A stretch of DNA of 61,276 bases, filler included, from 14 parts of 14 records of this genome joined end to end with filler, not necessarily neighbours in it; one strand, 5' to 3'. Positions 33,353 to 46,449 are shown, numbered from the whole stretch's first letter. The notes: generated by a model from the letters alone, not told the origin. Numbers and translations: made by a program.

Positions 33353-34183
33353 TTATTGTAAAAAATCCTGCAACGATTCGGCCAGTGAGCGCCGCAGTGT
33401 TCTAGATTTTTCCTCGTCATCCAAAGATCGCAAAGTCTCTGACATGAGCGCGTCCTCGTCGCTTCGCAGTCCCCAGGAGGCATACCGAAGCGCGTCGTGG
33501 CAATGCCGCACAGCTGCCAACACTACTTCCCGATCGTCCTTGAGCCTGTCTGATGCATATTGGAGCGCTCTGCCGTCATTGTGCACTGCTACAAGCACCA
33601 CTTGCTTGTCGTCCTGAAGCTCGGGCGAGGCATGCAACAGCGCCCTTCCGTTCTTCCGGACTGCCTCCATCACGACATCTTTCTCGCCTCGCAATATCAG
33701 GTCTGCGAACAGCAAGGCGCAGCTGGCTTGTTTCACTGCAGCAAAGACCACATCCTTGTCGGCACGCAGCTCATCTGATGCGTGTACCAGAGCGCCTCCA
33801 CCCTGGTGCATCGCCTCAAGCACCACGGTCTTGTCATTCCTGAGTTCGGAAGAGGCAAATTCGAGGGCAGAACCCGCTTGCCTGACGGCAGCAAGCACCA
33901 CCTGCCTGTGTGCTCTAAGCTCCAATGACGCCTCCTGCAGCAGCCGACCATTTCGCTGGACCGCCTCGAGAGCAACTCTGAGCTCCTCCTCGGCTGCAAC
34001 CCAGTTGCTCTTCCAGCTACTAATAGGGCTCGCTGCCTTGCTAACTAGATCTTCCTGCGAATCTCGCACATCGAATAGCGCAGCTTCCATTTGTCTAGCC
34101 TTTGAGCGAGCCATTGCTGGTTCTCTGTGCATGTGCACCTCAAACTCAGTTCGATCGATAAACCCGTCCTTGTTGGTATCTAT
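33353..34183 (-). CDS. DUF4116-repeat protein with N-terminal EF-hand, 5'-partial
   Basis: About seven 25-aa repeats of the type L-x-x-D-K-x-VV-x-x-AV-x-x-x-G-x-AL-x-x-AS; EF loop DTNKDGFIDRTEF at the contig edge. Confidence 0.85.
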   Translation of the reverse strand: MDTNKDGFIDRTEFEVHMHREPAMARSKARQMEAALFDVRDSQEDLVSKAASPISSWKSNWVAAEEELRVALEAVQRNGRLLQEASLELRAHRQVVLAAVRQAGSALEFASSELRNDKTVVLEAMHQGGGALVHASDELRADKDVVFAAVKQASCALLFADLILRGEKDVVMEAVRKNGRALLHASPELQDDKQVVLVAVHNDGRALQYASDRLKDDREVVLAAVRHCHDALRYASWGLRSDEDALMSETLRSLDDEEKSRTLRRSLAESLQDFLQ

Positions 34184-34283
34184 NNNNNNNNNNNNNNNNN
34201 NNNNNNNNNNNNNNNNNNNNNNNNNNNTTAATTAATTAANNNNNNNNNNNNNNNNNNNNNNNNNNNNNNNNNNNNNNNNNNNN

Positions 34284-35349
34284 ACTCTTCACACACTAGG
34301 AAGTAGTCCAGCCTCTGGCCCTTGCCTTCATACCTGGCCCTCGCGAAGTTGCCGCCCGCATTGGCCTGACTCCCCCGCCACGTGAACACCGGCTCCCCTC
34401 GTGCTGGCGGCGAGTCTGGATTCACAGGGTGCAACTCCCTCCATGCGTCCAGTAGCCCACTCGCTGCCAGCGTCTCGCCAAACCGTCTTCTCTCGTTGTC
34501 GCTAAATCCCGGAATTCCCCGGTCGGCCTCCGGCGTTGCCTCCAAGTAATCCTGCTTCGCCTGCTTTGACTTGTCCTTCCTGACCGAATCTGGGAGCTCG
34601 GCCCGGAAAAAGTCCTCGTCCGTCGAGTCGTCCGGCGTGGCGGTCACGTTGAGGTCCCCGCACCATACGAGCGGCCTAGCAGGACTAGACGCCCGCCGTG
34701 CCGCCAGGAAGGCCAGGACTTCCTGGTCCCACTGCCGGCGCCGCGCACGCTTCTCGGGAATCCATCCATTGTTAGGCACGTACGTGTGCAGCAGGTCAAA
34801 TGTTTCGAACCGGGCGTACTGGATCCTGCCTTCCGTGTCGTGCTCGCCGCCTGCAGCCCCCGAGAGCGCCCTGGCGTAGCTATTCACCACGGGAACCGTC
34901 CCCATCCGCACATGGATCAGCAGCATCGTGCCGGCGCTCCGGCCATTCGCCAGCGACCAGTGAATATTGTAACTGTCCAGCGGCGGCTTCCTATCCTCCC
35001 GCTTCAGCCCGAATTCCTTAAGAGGCTTGAGCTCCACCTGATGTGGCCGGCCGCGCTCACGCCGGTCTGCCGATGACGGTTTATTGCTGGTGGCGCAGTG
35101 TGCCCAGACACAGGCCTCCTGGATGGCCAGCACGTCCGGGTCCTCTGCCCTGATCAGCGCCACCAGCGCCTGCAAGTCCTCGGACCGGCCACAGATATCA
35201 TTGTCATCCCCGGTCTTCAGACGGCTCATCAGCCCGTTGGCGTTCCAGCTGATCAGCACCGTCGGGTCGTCCAGCGGGCCCGCCGGCTCCTCCAGCCGCG
35301 GCCGCTTGGCCGCGCGTGGTGATTGGAAGAAGGACCGGATGTCCGCCAT
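34284..35349 (-). CDS. ExoIII/APE-family apurinic endonuclease, 3'-partial
   Basis: SWNANGL, DVLAIQE, YVPN, CGDLN, FTW, RLDYFL; N-terminal DIRSFF (PIP-like) and KRPRL (NLS-like). Confidence 0.92.
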
Positions 35350-35441
35350 GAGAGTGGGAGAGACCGAGTGAGCCGGCGACCCTGATGGCGCCACCCGCCG
35401 GCACCCGGTGCGATAACGGATTTGATTTCTGATCTGGCTCC

Positions 35442-36965
35442 ATGTTTGCACTGGCCCAGCCGGCGAGCGACGAGCAGCACTGGGCGCCGGACCGGGCGGC
35501 CGGCCAGTCAGTCGAGCCGCTGGCCGCCGGATGGGCCGGTCCGCGCGACCAGTCGGCCGCGGCGCTCGCCGAGCGGACGGTCGGAGTGCTGGCGCGCGAG
35601 GAGGGCCGGATGCAGCCGGGGTACACACTGCTCTGCCTCGGGCGGGAGACCTACCTGATCGACTCAGATGGGCGGGTGGTACACGAGTGGCGCGGGCTGC
35701 GCGACACGTTCTGCGCCTACCTGCTCCCCAACGGGGACCTGCTGCGAGACGGGAGCGAGAATGAACTGGCGGTGGGCTTCCGGGCCGGGGGGGCTTCCGG
35801 CTATCTGGAGCGGGTGACCTGGGACAACCAGCTGGTCTGGCGGTACAGCAAGCAGCCGTACGATGCATTTCTGTCGCACCACGACGTCGAGCCGCTGCCC
35901 AACGGCAACGTGATGGTGCTGCTCTGGGAGAGGAAGGACGCGGCCCAGGCGGTTCAGGCGGGCCGGCGGCCGGATCTGATCCCGGACGGCGAGGTCTGGA
36001 ACCAGCTGGTGCTCGAGATCGCGCCGGACGGGCATGGCGGGGCCGAGCCGGTCTGGGAGTGGAGCCTGTGGGACCATCTCTGCCAGGACTATGACAGGAC
36101 TAAGGATAACTACGTCGAGGACGTCGCAGCCCACCCGGAGCTGTACGACATCAACTTCTGCCCGGCGGGCGGCAAGGCCGGGCAGCGGAATGCGGAGCTG
36201 CTCAAGCCAGAGGGCGAGCGCTTCGCCGAGTACAATTCGGGGCTGTGCACCTTTTCTGGCAAGCCAGGCAGGACCGGGGAGAAGGACTGGATCCACTGCA
36301 ACGGGATATCGGTCAGCGCCGAGCGCGGGCAGGTGTTGCTTTCTTTCAATACGCAGTCCGAGGCTGTGATCATAGAGCATGGGAGCAACACCACCGAGTC
36401 GAAAGGGCACTCGGGAGGGCGCTACGGCAAGGGCGGGGATATTCTGCTCCGGTGGGGCAACCCGCAGGCTCACCGGGCCGGTTCGAGGCACGAGCAGCAC
36501 TTGTTCGTGCAGCACTCTGTTCAGTTTATTGGATCTGGCGAGCACGCGCTGCTTTTTAACAACGGCAGAGCGCCCGACCGGCACTGGTCCTCAGTTGATG
36601 AGTACAAGCTGCCCGCGGCCGGCGAGCAGGCGGCACCGCGGCTGGTGTGGAGCTTTGGCCCCCGAGTGGGCCGCCAGAATTCTTTTTATTGCACTCACTC
36701 GTCCGGATGCCAGCGACTGCCGAATGGCAACACCCTGATCACGTACGGGCCGCAGGGCACGATCACGGAGGTCACCCCCGACGGCGAGGAGGTGTGGCGG
36801 TTCGTAAACCCGGTGATGAAGGTCGACGGCGCGGTGGCGGTGGCGCGACAGGGTGACTCTCGCGCCGGAGGCAAGTTTGGGCTCTTCCGGGCACTGCGGC
36901 TGCCTCCGGAGTTCCCGGGGTTTGAAGGTAAGGTGATCAAGCCCTACCGTTATCTCGAGGGGTGA
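35442..36965 (+). CDS. aryl-sulfate sulfotransferase (ASST, beta-propeller), intronless
   Basis: LLPNGDLLR, SHHDVEPLPNGN, DWIHCNGI, RWGNP, QHS, LFNNG, SGCQRLPNGNTLIT. Confidence 0.88.
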   Translation: MFALAQPASDEQHWAPDRAAGQSVEPLAAGWAGPRDQSAAALAERTVGVLAREEGRMQPGYTLLCLGRETYLIDSDGRVVHEWRGLRDTFCAYLLPNGDLLRDGSENELAVGFRAGGASGYLERVTWDNQLVWRYSKQPYDAFLSHHDVEPLPNGNVMVLLWERKDAAQAVQAGRRPDLIPDGEVWNQLVLEIAPDGHGGAEPVWEWSLWDHLCQDYDRTKDNYVEDVAAHPELYDINFCPAGGKAGQRNAELLKPEGERFAEYNSGLCTFSGKPGRTGEKDWIHCNGISVSAERGQVLLSFNTQSEAVIIEHGSNTTESKGHSGGRYGKGGDILLRWGNPQAHRAGSRHEQHLFVQHSVQFIGSGEHALLFNNGRAPDRHWSSVDEYKLPAAGEQAAPRLVWSFGPRVGRQNSFYCTHSSGCQRLPNGNTLITYGPQGTITEVTPDGEEVWRFVNPVMKVDGAVAVARQGDSRAGGKFGLFRALRLPPEFPGFEGKVIKPYRYLEG

Positions 36966-37565
36966 TTCGTACGAGTATTGCATACATGTACATGTAAGTA
37001 TTGCACTGTGTAAAAAAAATCTTTTATTACTCGTGTATATGAAAGCATTATTTTTAGCACCAATGGCCGCTATAAGTCGGGACTGCGCATTACCTGCGTC
37101 ACTCCTCACCAGTGCTGGACGCATCACCCGACCTAGTACAGTAGTCCCCAAGGCCGCCAGCGACCAGCCGCGCCGCTGTGTTGGACAGCTGGGCTGCTCC
37201 GCGCACTCGGTACGAGACTCCGCCCGGGTGGCAAGCACTAGCCGCTGGTCCAGGCGCTGGCCCGGTCGGCCTCGGACGACGAGCTAAAGGTCCTCTCGGG
37301 CGGATGGGGCGGGGAAGTGGGCGATGGGCTGAGCGCTCCGATACTGCCCGACTCGCGGGTGTTGCTCCGGTGCGAGCCCGAGTACCGGGGCGACCGGAAC
37401 GGGTTGACGTCCTCCTCCGCGCCGCACAGCCCGGTGCACATCGCGCCCATCAAGGCTACCCGCCCATCGACCCCCCAGGCACGCCGTGCCCCAGCCTGGG
37501 CGACCGTGGCTGATCCGTTATTCCGTTATGTTCGGCTCATCGCAGAGCGGTGCATCGGGAAGAGA

Positions 37566-38414
37566 ATGCAGGTGCTCGGTGTGCAGTTCGACGGGCTGAC
37601 GCTGGTGCTGATCGTACTGGCGCTGCTGAGGTCCTGGCGGCTGGCAGCCGGCGGGGCCGACCGGCTGGGCAGCATGCTGATGAAGAAGTACGCGCTGCGC
37701 TACTTAGACCAGACCAAAGATGTAGGACCAGACCGCCGGCTGGACAAGATCTACCGCCCGCCCTGGCCGGCGCTCCCGGGCAACCCGCGGGTCTACCTCG
37801 ACATCAGCATCCGGGGCGAGCCGTGCGGCCGAGTGCTGATCGAACTGCGAAAGGCGCCGGGACCGCCAAGCCACGGGCGAGCCCAGGGGACAGGAAGCGG
37901 CCCCACGGACCTGCGAGAACTTTCGGGCGCTGTGCACCGGTGAGAAGGGGTTCGGGTACAAGGGGAGCCGGCTACACCGGATCATCCCGGGGTTTATGGC
38001 ACAAGGCGGCGACATCACCAGCGGAGACGGCTCGGGTGGCCGGAGCATCTACGGCGAAGCATTCCCGGATGAGAACTTCACACTGTGCGGCCCGGGGGCG
38101 CCGGGGGTGAGCCCGGGGGCAGGAAGCACACCGGGCCAGGGGTGGTGTCGATGGCCAATTCGGGGCCAGACAGCAACAAGTCGCAGTTTTTTCTGTGCAC
38201 TGCGCTCGAGCCGCTCAAGCATCTCGACAACAGGCCTGGCTGGCCCCTGTCCGGCGCCTGAGCGTGGGGCAGGCACTGCGTGTTCGGGCAGGTGCTCGAG
38301 GGCTACAGCACGCTCAGGGCGATGGACACCGCAGGGTCGCGCAGTGGGGCGGTCAGCTCGATCCTCAAGGTGGCGGTGAGTGATTGCGGCCAAATCGAGT
38401 CCGACAAGACCTGA
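37566..38414 (+). CDS. cyclophilin PPIase with N-terminal hydrophobic anchor; introns include 37854-37893 (GC), 38085-38122 (GT), 38234-38272 (GC)
   Basis: Spliced [64 protein letters not shown]. Confidence 0.93.
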
Positions 38415-38555
38415 TCAGCCCTCTATACTACTTAGTCTAGATTAATGGTTTCTCAAGGTCATCAGAACTACACCACTTGTATGATTGTGCCCTTCATTGA
38501 GTAATCCGCGACAGCCCCACTTGCAGCTTGGAGGAATTTTTTGAGTGGCGACAGT

Positions 38556-40994
38556 ATGCTTGGCGTCATCCTCGTGCTGCTGACCTCGTCCTGCTCGGCC
38601 AGTCCGGCCTCCGTCCAGCCGGCATACGACCTGCTCGCCCGGCAGTTCGGGCCGTCCGCAGCCGCCGCGTTCGATCTCCGACTCTCGCCCGGGCTCCCGT
38701 GCGGTCGGCGGTGCTTTCAGCTGTCGCAGCGGGCCGGTGCTGACAAGGTGACCGTCTCGGCCACAGGAATGAGCGAGCTGACCTACGGGCTGGGCTACTA
38801 CGCCCGCTTTCACTGTGGGCTCACTGTAGGCTGGCCGCGCGGCGGGGGCAGCGTCAGGGAGCCGATCGGCCGGCAGTGGCCGTGCGGCAGCTCGGTCGGG
38901 CCAATCGCGGTGCGTCGGGCGGTGAACTTCACTTTCCAAGACAACGTGTGCACCCACTCGTATTCATACGTGTGGTACGATGCCGCTGCCTGGTCTGACC
39001 ACATCGACTGGATGGCTCTGAGCGGAATTAATGTCTTCTACGCCCTGGCCGGTCAGGAGGAGATCCAGTACAAAGTGTTCCGCAAGTTCAATCTCACAGA
39101 CTCGCAGATCCGAGGCTTCTTCAACGGACCGGCCTTCCTCACCTGGAGTCGCGGGCAGAGCCTTCAGTCTGTCGGCGCCCCGCTAGCCCGGTCCTGGATG
39201 CAAGCGCAGTGGCGCCTTCAGAAGCAGATCCTGGCCCAGGCACGCTCGCTTGGGATGATTGGCGTTCTCCCGGCGTTTCAGGGCAACACGCCGCCCGCGA
39301 TCAAGGCGATGCATCCCCGAGCAAACTGTACCGTTACAGATGCCGAGACGACCGGGGCGTATTCCAAGCAGATCGACCAAGCAGGGAGGTGTGCCTGGAT
39401 AGCCTCTACAGATCCGCTTTTCGGGGCAGTGGCGGATGAATGGATGCGGACGATAATTGCGGACTTTGGGAGCGATCACTGGTACCAATCCGATGGCTGG
39501 TTTACTGGGGCTAAGCCACCTTGGTATGAACTGGAGCTGACTGAGCCACAGACCCGGCCCGTTGAACCTTCAGCCGTGACGCCCGACCGGCACTGGCTGC
39601 CGGTGTGGCAGGCCGCTTGGCAAGGGATGGCTCGGACCGACCCCAATGCCGTCTGGTTGTACCAAGGCTGGGCGGTACGCGGATGGAACGATGCGGCCGG
39701 CGCTTCCAGGATGAAAGCGCTGGTAAGCGTAGTGCCTCAGGGGCAGTTTGTATTGCTGGACATGGACGTGCAAGGCATCTGGCGTTACTTTGGGAATTAC
39801 TCCTTTTTTGGTGCGCCGTTTATCTGGACCACTTTGCATAACATGGGAGGCAACGACGGGCTCAAAGGTGACATGAGGCTGTTGCAGCATATGCCCGGTG
39901 ACGCACTGGATGCCGGCGCCTCGATCGTCGGCACTGGTGCCACGCCTGAGGGAATCGACCAGAATGCGGCCTACTACGTGCCTTTATCTCCCTGATTGCT
40001 TGTTGAGGCTGTGATTGTGCAGGAGTATGCCTATGACACCGCCTGGCACGCCCGGCCACAGGCGCTGGAGGACTGGTTTGCTGTGTACGCCTGTCGACGA
40101 TACGGTGGGGTTTACGACACTCACGCCCAGCACTGCCAAACCCGAAACCCGAACAGTGTGGCGGCAGCGGCGGCGGCGTGGGAGATTTTGAGAGTTTCAG
40201 TGTATGAGACCCAGGCTGGCGGCTTTCACGATGATACCGGAGTGGAGTGGAATGGACTGGCTAAGCCCCCTGTGCCACAAGGGGCGAACCTGACACAGCT
40301 CCAGGCGGCCTGGTGCCACCTGATCAATGCAACCAGTTCGCTGAACGAGAAGCTGCCAGACACGCTAAATTATGATCTCGTGAATGTTGGCCGAGAGGTG
40401 CTTGCTCGTCTGATTTCGAGCACGGAAGCTGACCTCGTGGACGCTGTTGCCACCACCAGCCATTCGCACTTTGAAACGGCCAGTGCGAGGCTGATAGGCC
40501 TATTCACGGACTTGGACACGCTGCTGGCATGCGAATTCGGGTTTCTCATCGGGCCATGGATAGAGGATGCTCGACGGTGGGGCAATATGACCGACCCTCA
40601 AGGTACTGCAGACCTGATGGAGTGGAATGCGCGTTCTCAAGTGTCGACTTGGTGGCCAGTGAGTCCGCAAGAGGCGTCTGATGACCCGAAAGTGTTTACT
40701 CACTTGCCAGTGCTTGACAATTATGCTAACAAGCACTGGCAAGGGCTAGTAAGTGATTTCTATTTGCCGAGGATTCAGTGCTACATTGACCAAGCAGAAC
40801 GTGATATCTTTGCGAGCACAAGTAAGGTCATCAATCAGGCCAACTTGACTTCTTGTATCGTACACGCGGAGCTGAGCTTCACTCAAGGTACAAGCAACCA
40901 GAGCAATGCTTACGCTACCCAGCCTAGTGGCAGAACCTTGGCTGTGAGCCAAGCGCTTTACCACAAGTATGTAATTGTTGTAGAAAGGGAGTAG
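38556..40994 (+). CDS. NAGLU: alpha-N-acetylglucosaminidase-like protein (GH89), intron 39978-40022
   Basis: Signal peptide, NVCTHSYSYVW, IDWMALSGIN, FFNGPAFLTWSR, LHNMGG, TPEGIDQN, EWNARSQV, YANKHWQGL. Confidence 0.92.
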
Positions 40995-41423
40995 ACGAGC
41001 CGCGGGCCCAGGCCCTCGAGCGAGCAAAGGCGCGTGCATTCGACAGATTCATCGATGCATACGCCATACGGCAGATTAGAACTACTAACAATGTTTAATA
41101 TACATAGCATTACTTGTAAATAACTTGTAAAGAAAAAGTCTTAGTAAAAGTCTTCTTGAACGTCAAACTCAAAATTCAGCCTCATTTATTACTTGGTAAC
41201 GCACACGTTNNNNNNNNNNNNNNNNNNNNNNNNNNNNNNNNNNNNNNNNNNNNTTAATTAATTAANNNNNNNNNNNNNNNNNNNNNNNNNNNNNNNNNNN
41301 NNNNNNNNNCCCGGCTCACCGATACAAGGCTACCTAAACCGATCTTCCAAAAATCGTAATAATAAGACCCCGGTAAACTAATAGGTACCGGGTGGTACAC
41401 GTGACTGGTGGAGCTGGTGAGCC

Positions 41424-44324
41424 ATGGCGCACATGGTGCGACTTCAGCCTAGCGAGCTAGCGTAGATCGCTGATGGCCTGGCCAGCTGGGTATCCCGGGC
41501 AAGGCGACCGACCCGTGTAGCTTGATCGGTCCACTCAACGATTGGGTCACTGAAAAGTACTCCGGCGAGGAGGTCTGCTGCCGCCAGCCTGTGGCGCCAG
41601 CCGTCCCCGCAGGCTGCGGCGCTTCAAACAGTGTTTGAGGGTATCCAAAGCGCCCGCGAAGCGGCCACGGCGGCCACGGACTACAGCTCCGGGGTGATGA
41701 GCTCGCTCAAGAAGTACGCGGTGATGCTCGAGCTGATCGAGTCCCGGCTCAAGCTCGACTGCTACACGGTGCCTCGCCGACCCACCCAGACTCACCGGCC
41801 GCCAGCTCGCGAACTTCGAGCCTGCCTGGCACCTGGCCTTTGTCAAGAATTCCAAGGTGGAATTCTAAGGTGGCCAGCAGGTCCCACCGGCAAGCCCCGG
41901 CAGGTTTCGCGGGCGGGGATCACGCATGAGCGGGCCTCGATCCTGTTCTGCATCGCGGCAGCCGAGTCGCAGTACGCGATAGAGCAGGATCCCAAGGTTT
42001 GGCAGCTGGACTACAGGAGGCTAAGGCTTGAGCAGGACAGCCGGGGGATCAAACTGATCCAAAACTCGTTCCTCAAGGCCGGTTGGATATTCGGATACCT
42101 CAAGGAATATGTGGTGGAGCAGGGCCTAATCAATGTGGCCAACGACCTGCACAAAGATGCGCTCGAGGTGCAGCTGCACGGGTCCCAATCTGATGGCTGG
42201 CCAGATATTTAGGCTGCTCATGCTTGGTCAAGCCCAGGAGTGCACCTGCACTGCCGCAATTAACAGTAACATGAAGCCTAATATGATCGCCCGGCTGACT
42301 GCCCAAGTAGACCTGCTGTTTGGCTTGGCTGTCCGAGCAGCTGGCCAGGTGGCTACCTACTTCAACCAGACCTTGCAGCTGCTGGCGTCACCCTCGATCA
42401 AAGAGACATTTGAAAAGTCATGGACCGAGATTATTGAGCTGCGTAAAGAGGTTCAGCCGGCTGGCCTTGGAGCATTGCGCGTGGTGCATAGCTCGGACTG
42501 CAGGTGTTCCTCGGCCTGGCTCAGTATCGGCAGGCACTCTTTCTGGGCGGTCAGTTAATCTGCTGTCAGCGCATGATTCGTGTGGGTCAGGCGAGTTCCA
42601 GGAGACTGGGATTCCTGAGGTCGCTGAGCAGATCCCCAGGCTGGAGCAGGCGGTCCGGCATCTTGAGAGGGCGTTGGCTTGCGGCCGGCAGCCCAAGGAT
42701 GTGGCGTATGTGGAGTCGCTGCTCGGCCTGGTGCGCAAAGCGCTGGCCCAGGTTTTACATCCGGCTAGTACTGGCTGGACGGTGTGGACAGGCCAGGGAG
42801 GACAACGATACGTTGTATCACGAGCCTCCCAAGGACTTTGCCCAGCTGCCCAAGATTGCTCCAAAGGAGCTGGGCAAACCAGTGCCTCTTGACCTGTCTG
42901 AATATGAGTGGGCTGACCCATTTACTCATCTCGTGCCAGCGCACGTGCATGCAGAAGCCACAGCGCACAATGCACGTGTGGAGCAGCTGCTGGCCGATAA
43001 GGAGTCTGAAGGCGTAATTGCAATTTCTGATTTGGAGAGCAAGCTGTATGCACTAAGTATCGCCGGTCAGGATCAGCTTGGAATGCCGTCAGATATAATC
43101 AAATCAGTGCAGCACATTCAAGGCAAAGGTGGGTTTGAGTGCCTTTGGGGCATGGCTGAGTCGATTAGCCAGCTTGCAGAAGCAAACCAGACGCTAGCAC
43201 AAGAGATCGAGACGATGCTAGCAAGGGAAAAGGAGGAGGATGCCAACAATCGAAGGCTGTACGGCGACCGGTGGACACCACCGCTGTCATCTGAAGCCGC
43301 CAAGATGCACGACGAGACCCTTGACCAGCACAAAAAGTACATAAGCCAAGCCGCAGTAGCAGACAAGAAGATCAAGCAGACACTAGAAGCCAAGGAGAAG
43401 CGATTGCGTATATTGGATCAGCCGATCAACATGCTAGAAGCTCGAGTTGCTGAGGCAGCCAAATCATCTGCAGCTACCCCCGATCAGCATGGCGAATGGA
43501 ACCACGAACTCGACCTGATAAGGTCTCGGATACAGGCAGCATCGCAGGCATTGAGGAGAGTGCATGAGCATGAGGACTTCAAGTCAGCCACGGCCACAGT
43601 GCAGGCCCCAGATATCAAGGTGAGTGATAACCTTATGGAGGCATACGCGCCAGCTTGCGCCGAAATCGACGCTGCTGTGGCCCAGCAAAAGGATTTGGTG
43701 GCCAGAATAGAAATAGAAGCTGAAGGTGTAAAGGTTGTGATCAGCCAGCAGGCAAAACTCGCCAGGTCAGCTTTGGATGAAATTGTGGGTGCTTTGCAAG
43801 ACTTCAAAACAATTGAGGGCCTGCTAGCAGAGGGTGGTAAATTTCACAGTGGTTTTGTTGAACATTTGAATAAGCTCAGGACCGAAGTCTCTGGTTTCAC
43901 CACTGGCCGAATGCTTCAAGCCCAGGAGTGCACGGTGGCACTCGAGCCAGCGCAGACTCTCACTCCACCTCAAGCACCTGCTTACCAACAAGTAGCCCCA
44001 TCCGCTCCAACTCCTGCATACTTCCCGGATCAGACAGCCGCGCCGCCATATACATATCCGGCCAATGCTTACCCTAGGCAGCAAGCAGGACAGTATAACG
44101 TTACAACCCAGCAGTTGCCACCTGCACCGCAACCTCTGCTTGCTGTCCCACCTTCTCATCCGTCACAGCTTCATTGTCATAACCAAGCGCTGTCTCCTCC
44201 GCCAGGCCAGCCTCCGACCCAAAACGTTGCACAGCAAGCTCCAAGGCCACCTCCAGGCATGCCCCCAGACCCACCTTTGCGACCTCCGCCGCCGCCATAC
44301 CGGCCGGCCGGCGGTTTGGAGTGA
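41424..44324 (+). CDS. BRO1: ALIX/BRO1 ESCRT-associated protein (Bro1 domain, V domain, Pro-rich tail), multi-intron
   Basis: HERASILF, LMLGQAQEC, EDNDTLYHE, DPFTHLVP, EGGKFH, and a PSAP motif in the Pro-rich C-terminus. Confidence 0.9.
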
Positions 44325-44662
44325 CACCAAGATTCCAGGAATTAGTTACAAATGGATCGTGAAAGTAATGCGTCGTGAAAGTAATGCGTCATTCGCATGC
44401 TGTACGCATCCAATGCATGGGAAATTGTTGCATCAAAGTTACTTTGCGGCCGAATTGTTTGATCCGAAGAAGATGACAGTATTTATTACGACTTCAGTAT
44501 AACTTATTACAGTGATCATGATCAAGAATAGAAGAATAAAACCATCTTATTAAAGTATAGCANNNNNNNNNNNNNNNNNNNNNNNNNNNNNNNNNNNNNN
44601 NNNNNNTTAATTAATTAANNNNNNNNNNNNNNNNNNNNNNNNNNNNNNNNNNNNNNNNNNNN

Positions 44663-46299
44663 GCTGGCGCTTGCTGACTTCAAGACGATGATCAGCGCGT
44701 TGCAGTCGCTCTACGGCGTGGCCCGGGAGACGGCGCGGGACGTGTGTCGGCTCAGGTGAGGGGCTGGGCTGGGCTGGGCTGAGTGATGTGTGTAGGCCGA
44801 CCAAGCTCCTGAAGGATGCGTTGGGTCAGAAGCTGTCTGGCGGCCAACAGGTCAATATAGTCAGCGACGAGTGCAATGCGGCCGGCGAGTACGTGCAGAA
44901 GGTGGCCGCTGACTGGTCAGATGCTATCGCACTCGAGGATGTGACGCTGAGGAATGGGCCGCCGACAGTGGACAAGCAGATCGAAGCAATGCAAAAGCTG
45001 ACTCAAAGCTACAAAGACCGGCACAGCTTCCATCAGTGGCTCAAGGGCCCTGGGACATCCAAGGTCAACAACGGACTGAGCTGGCCGCCGTATGCCTCAA
45101 AGGCTGGGCTGCTGCACTCGGAGCATCAGTTGGAATACTTGAGTGAGCTCATGCTCTCAACGCCGCTGTGCGGTTCGCAAGACCCGGCGTTGCAGGAAGA
45201 CATTGCCACAGCCACCACCCTGCAGGCTAGATTCGGCAGCGACTGTCGGACGGTGGCCGAGGAGCTGAGTGAAATGAGCAGAGCGTTTGCCTTGAGCCGC
45301 GAAAAGTCAATCAAGGTCCTGGATCGTACGAAAGGCAACCTGACCGACGACGTGCTGCTGCTGCCCGCGGAGGAGATTCGACGGCTCCAGCCGTACATCC
45401 AGCGCGACCTACTGCTTGACCCATCAGGCGGCCGGATTGAAGGACCTCTGCTTGGCTCACCACCGGGCGCACCGGAATGGCAGAGTTACGACCACGAGCT
45501 GGATGATGAGGTGCTAGTGATCGACAACGTGTTCAGCAAGGAAGCGCTGGCCCGGTTGCTCAGGTTCAGTCAGCGCTCTACAGTGTTCCACCACCTGAAG
45601 GCCAAAGGGTACTCATGTGGACTGAGTGGCACTGGGTTCAGCCCAGCGCTGGTGGCTCAAGCCTACAGCGCTCTGCACGCTGCGCTCCCGACAATGCTGT
45701 GCAAGCACCGCTTGTTCACTGCATGGGCGTACGTATACGGCGAGACAGGCGAAGGGTTTGACCCAGCAGCAGCCGACGAGGCGACCAAGGACACGGCTCA
45801 GTGGGTCGAAGGCAGTGGGATCGGAGCGCACGCCGACCAGGCTGCAGTCAACATCAACTGCTGGCTCACGCCGGATGAGAGCCGGGAGTCGCCTGAGTAC
45901 GGCGGGATGAAGGTGTGGCCGATCCGCCCACCCAAGTCCTGGGGCCCTAATGAGTACAACCCAAACAACCAGTTTAGCTTCCACCACATCGCAGATGGCA
46001 AATACTATGGCACTCAGAACAGGGGAGACCAGACCAAAGTCGAAGAGTTTGTGAGCTCACACTCTCCGAAGATCGTGCCGTACAAGCAGAATCGGTGCGT
46101 GATCTTTGACTCGCGCTTCCTGCACGCTACTCACATGGTGGACTTCAAGAAAGGGTTCACCAATCGGCGGATCAACCTGACGTTCCTCGTCGGGCATCAC
46201 GGCGATACTTGTGCTGCAGCGGAGGCGCGAGCCAACTCTGGCCTTGAGGCAAACCGCGAACATGCCGTTCATAAGGAGCATGACATCTTCTTCGAGTAG
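44663..46299 (+). CDS. 2OG-Fe(II) oxygenase-like protein, 5'-partial
   Basis: GIGAHADQAAVNINCWLTP (HxD), PYKQNRCVIFDSRFLHAT (distal His), RRINLTFL. Confidence 0.75.
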
Positions 46300-46449
46300 C
46301 GGCCGGGATTGATCATCTCCAATCTCCCTAATTTATGATTTTAGATTACAATAGTCTGATTAGATTATGTAAGATTGGGTCAAGAGTAAAGATTATCAGC
46401 ACCGTGTAAGCGTGTGCTAAGCGTGTGCTATCTTAGTGATATCTTAGTA

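Noticed and set aside
44358-44389. Short tandem duplications (16 bp x2 here, 11 bp x2 near 46407, 33 bp x2 at 53778)
   Set aside because: Two-copy slippage-type duplications in 3' non-coding DNA with no spacers, terminal repeats or transposase.
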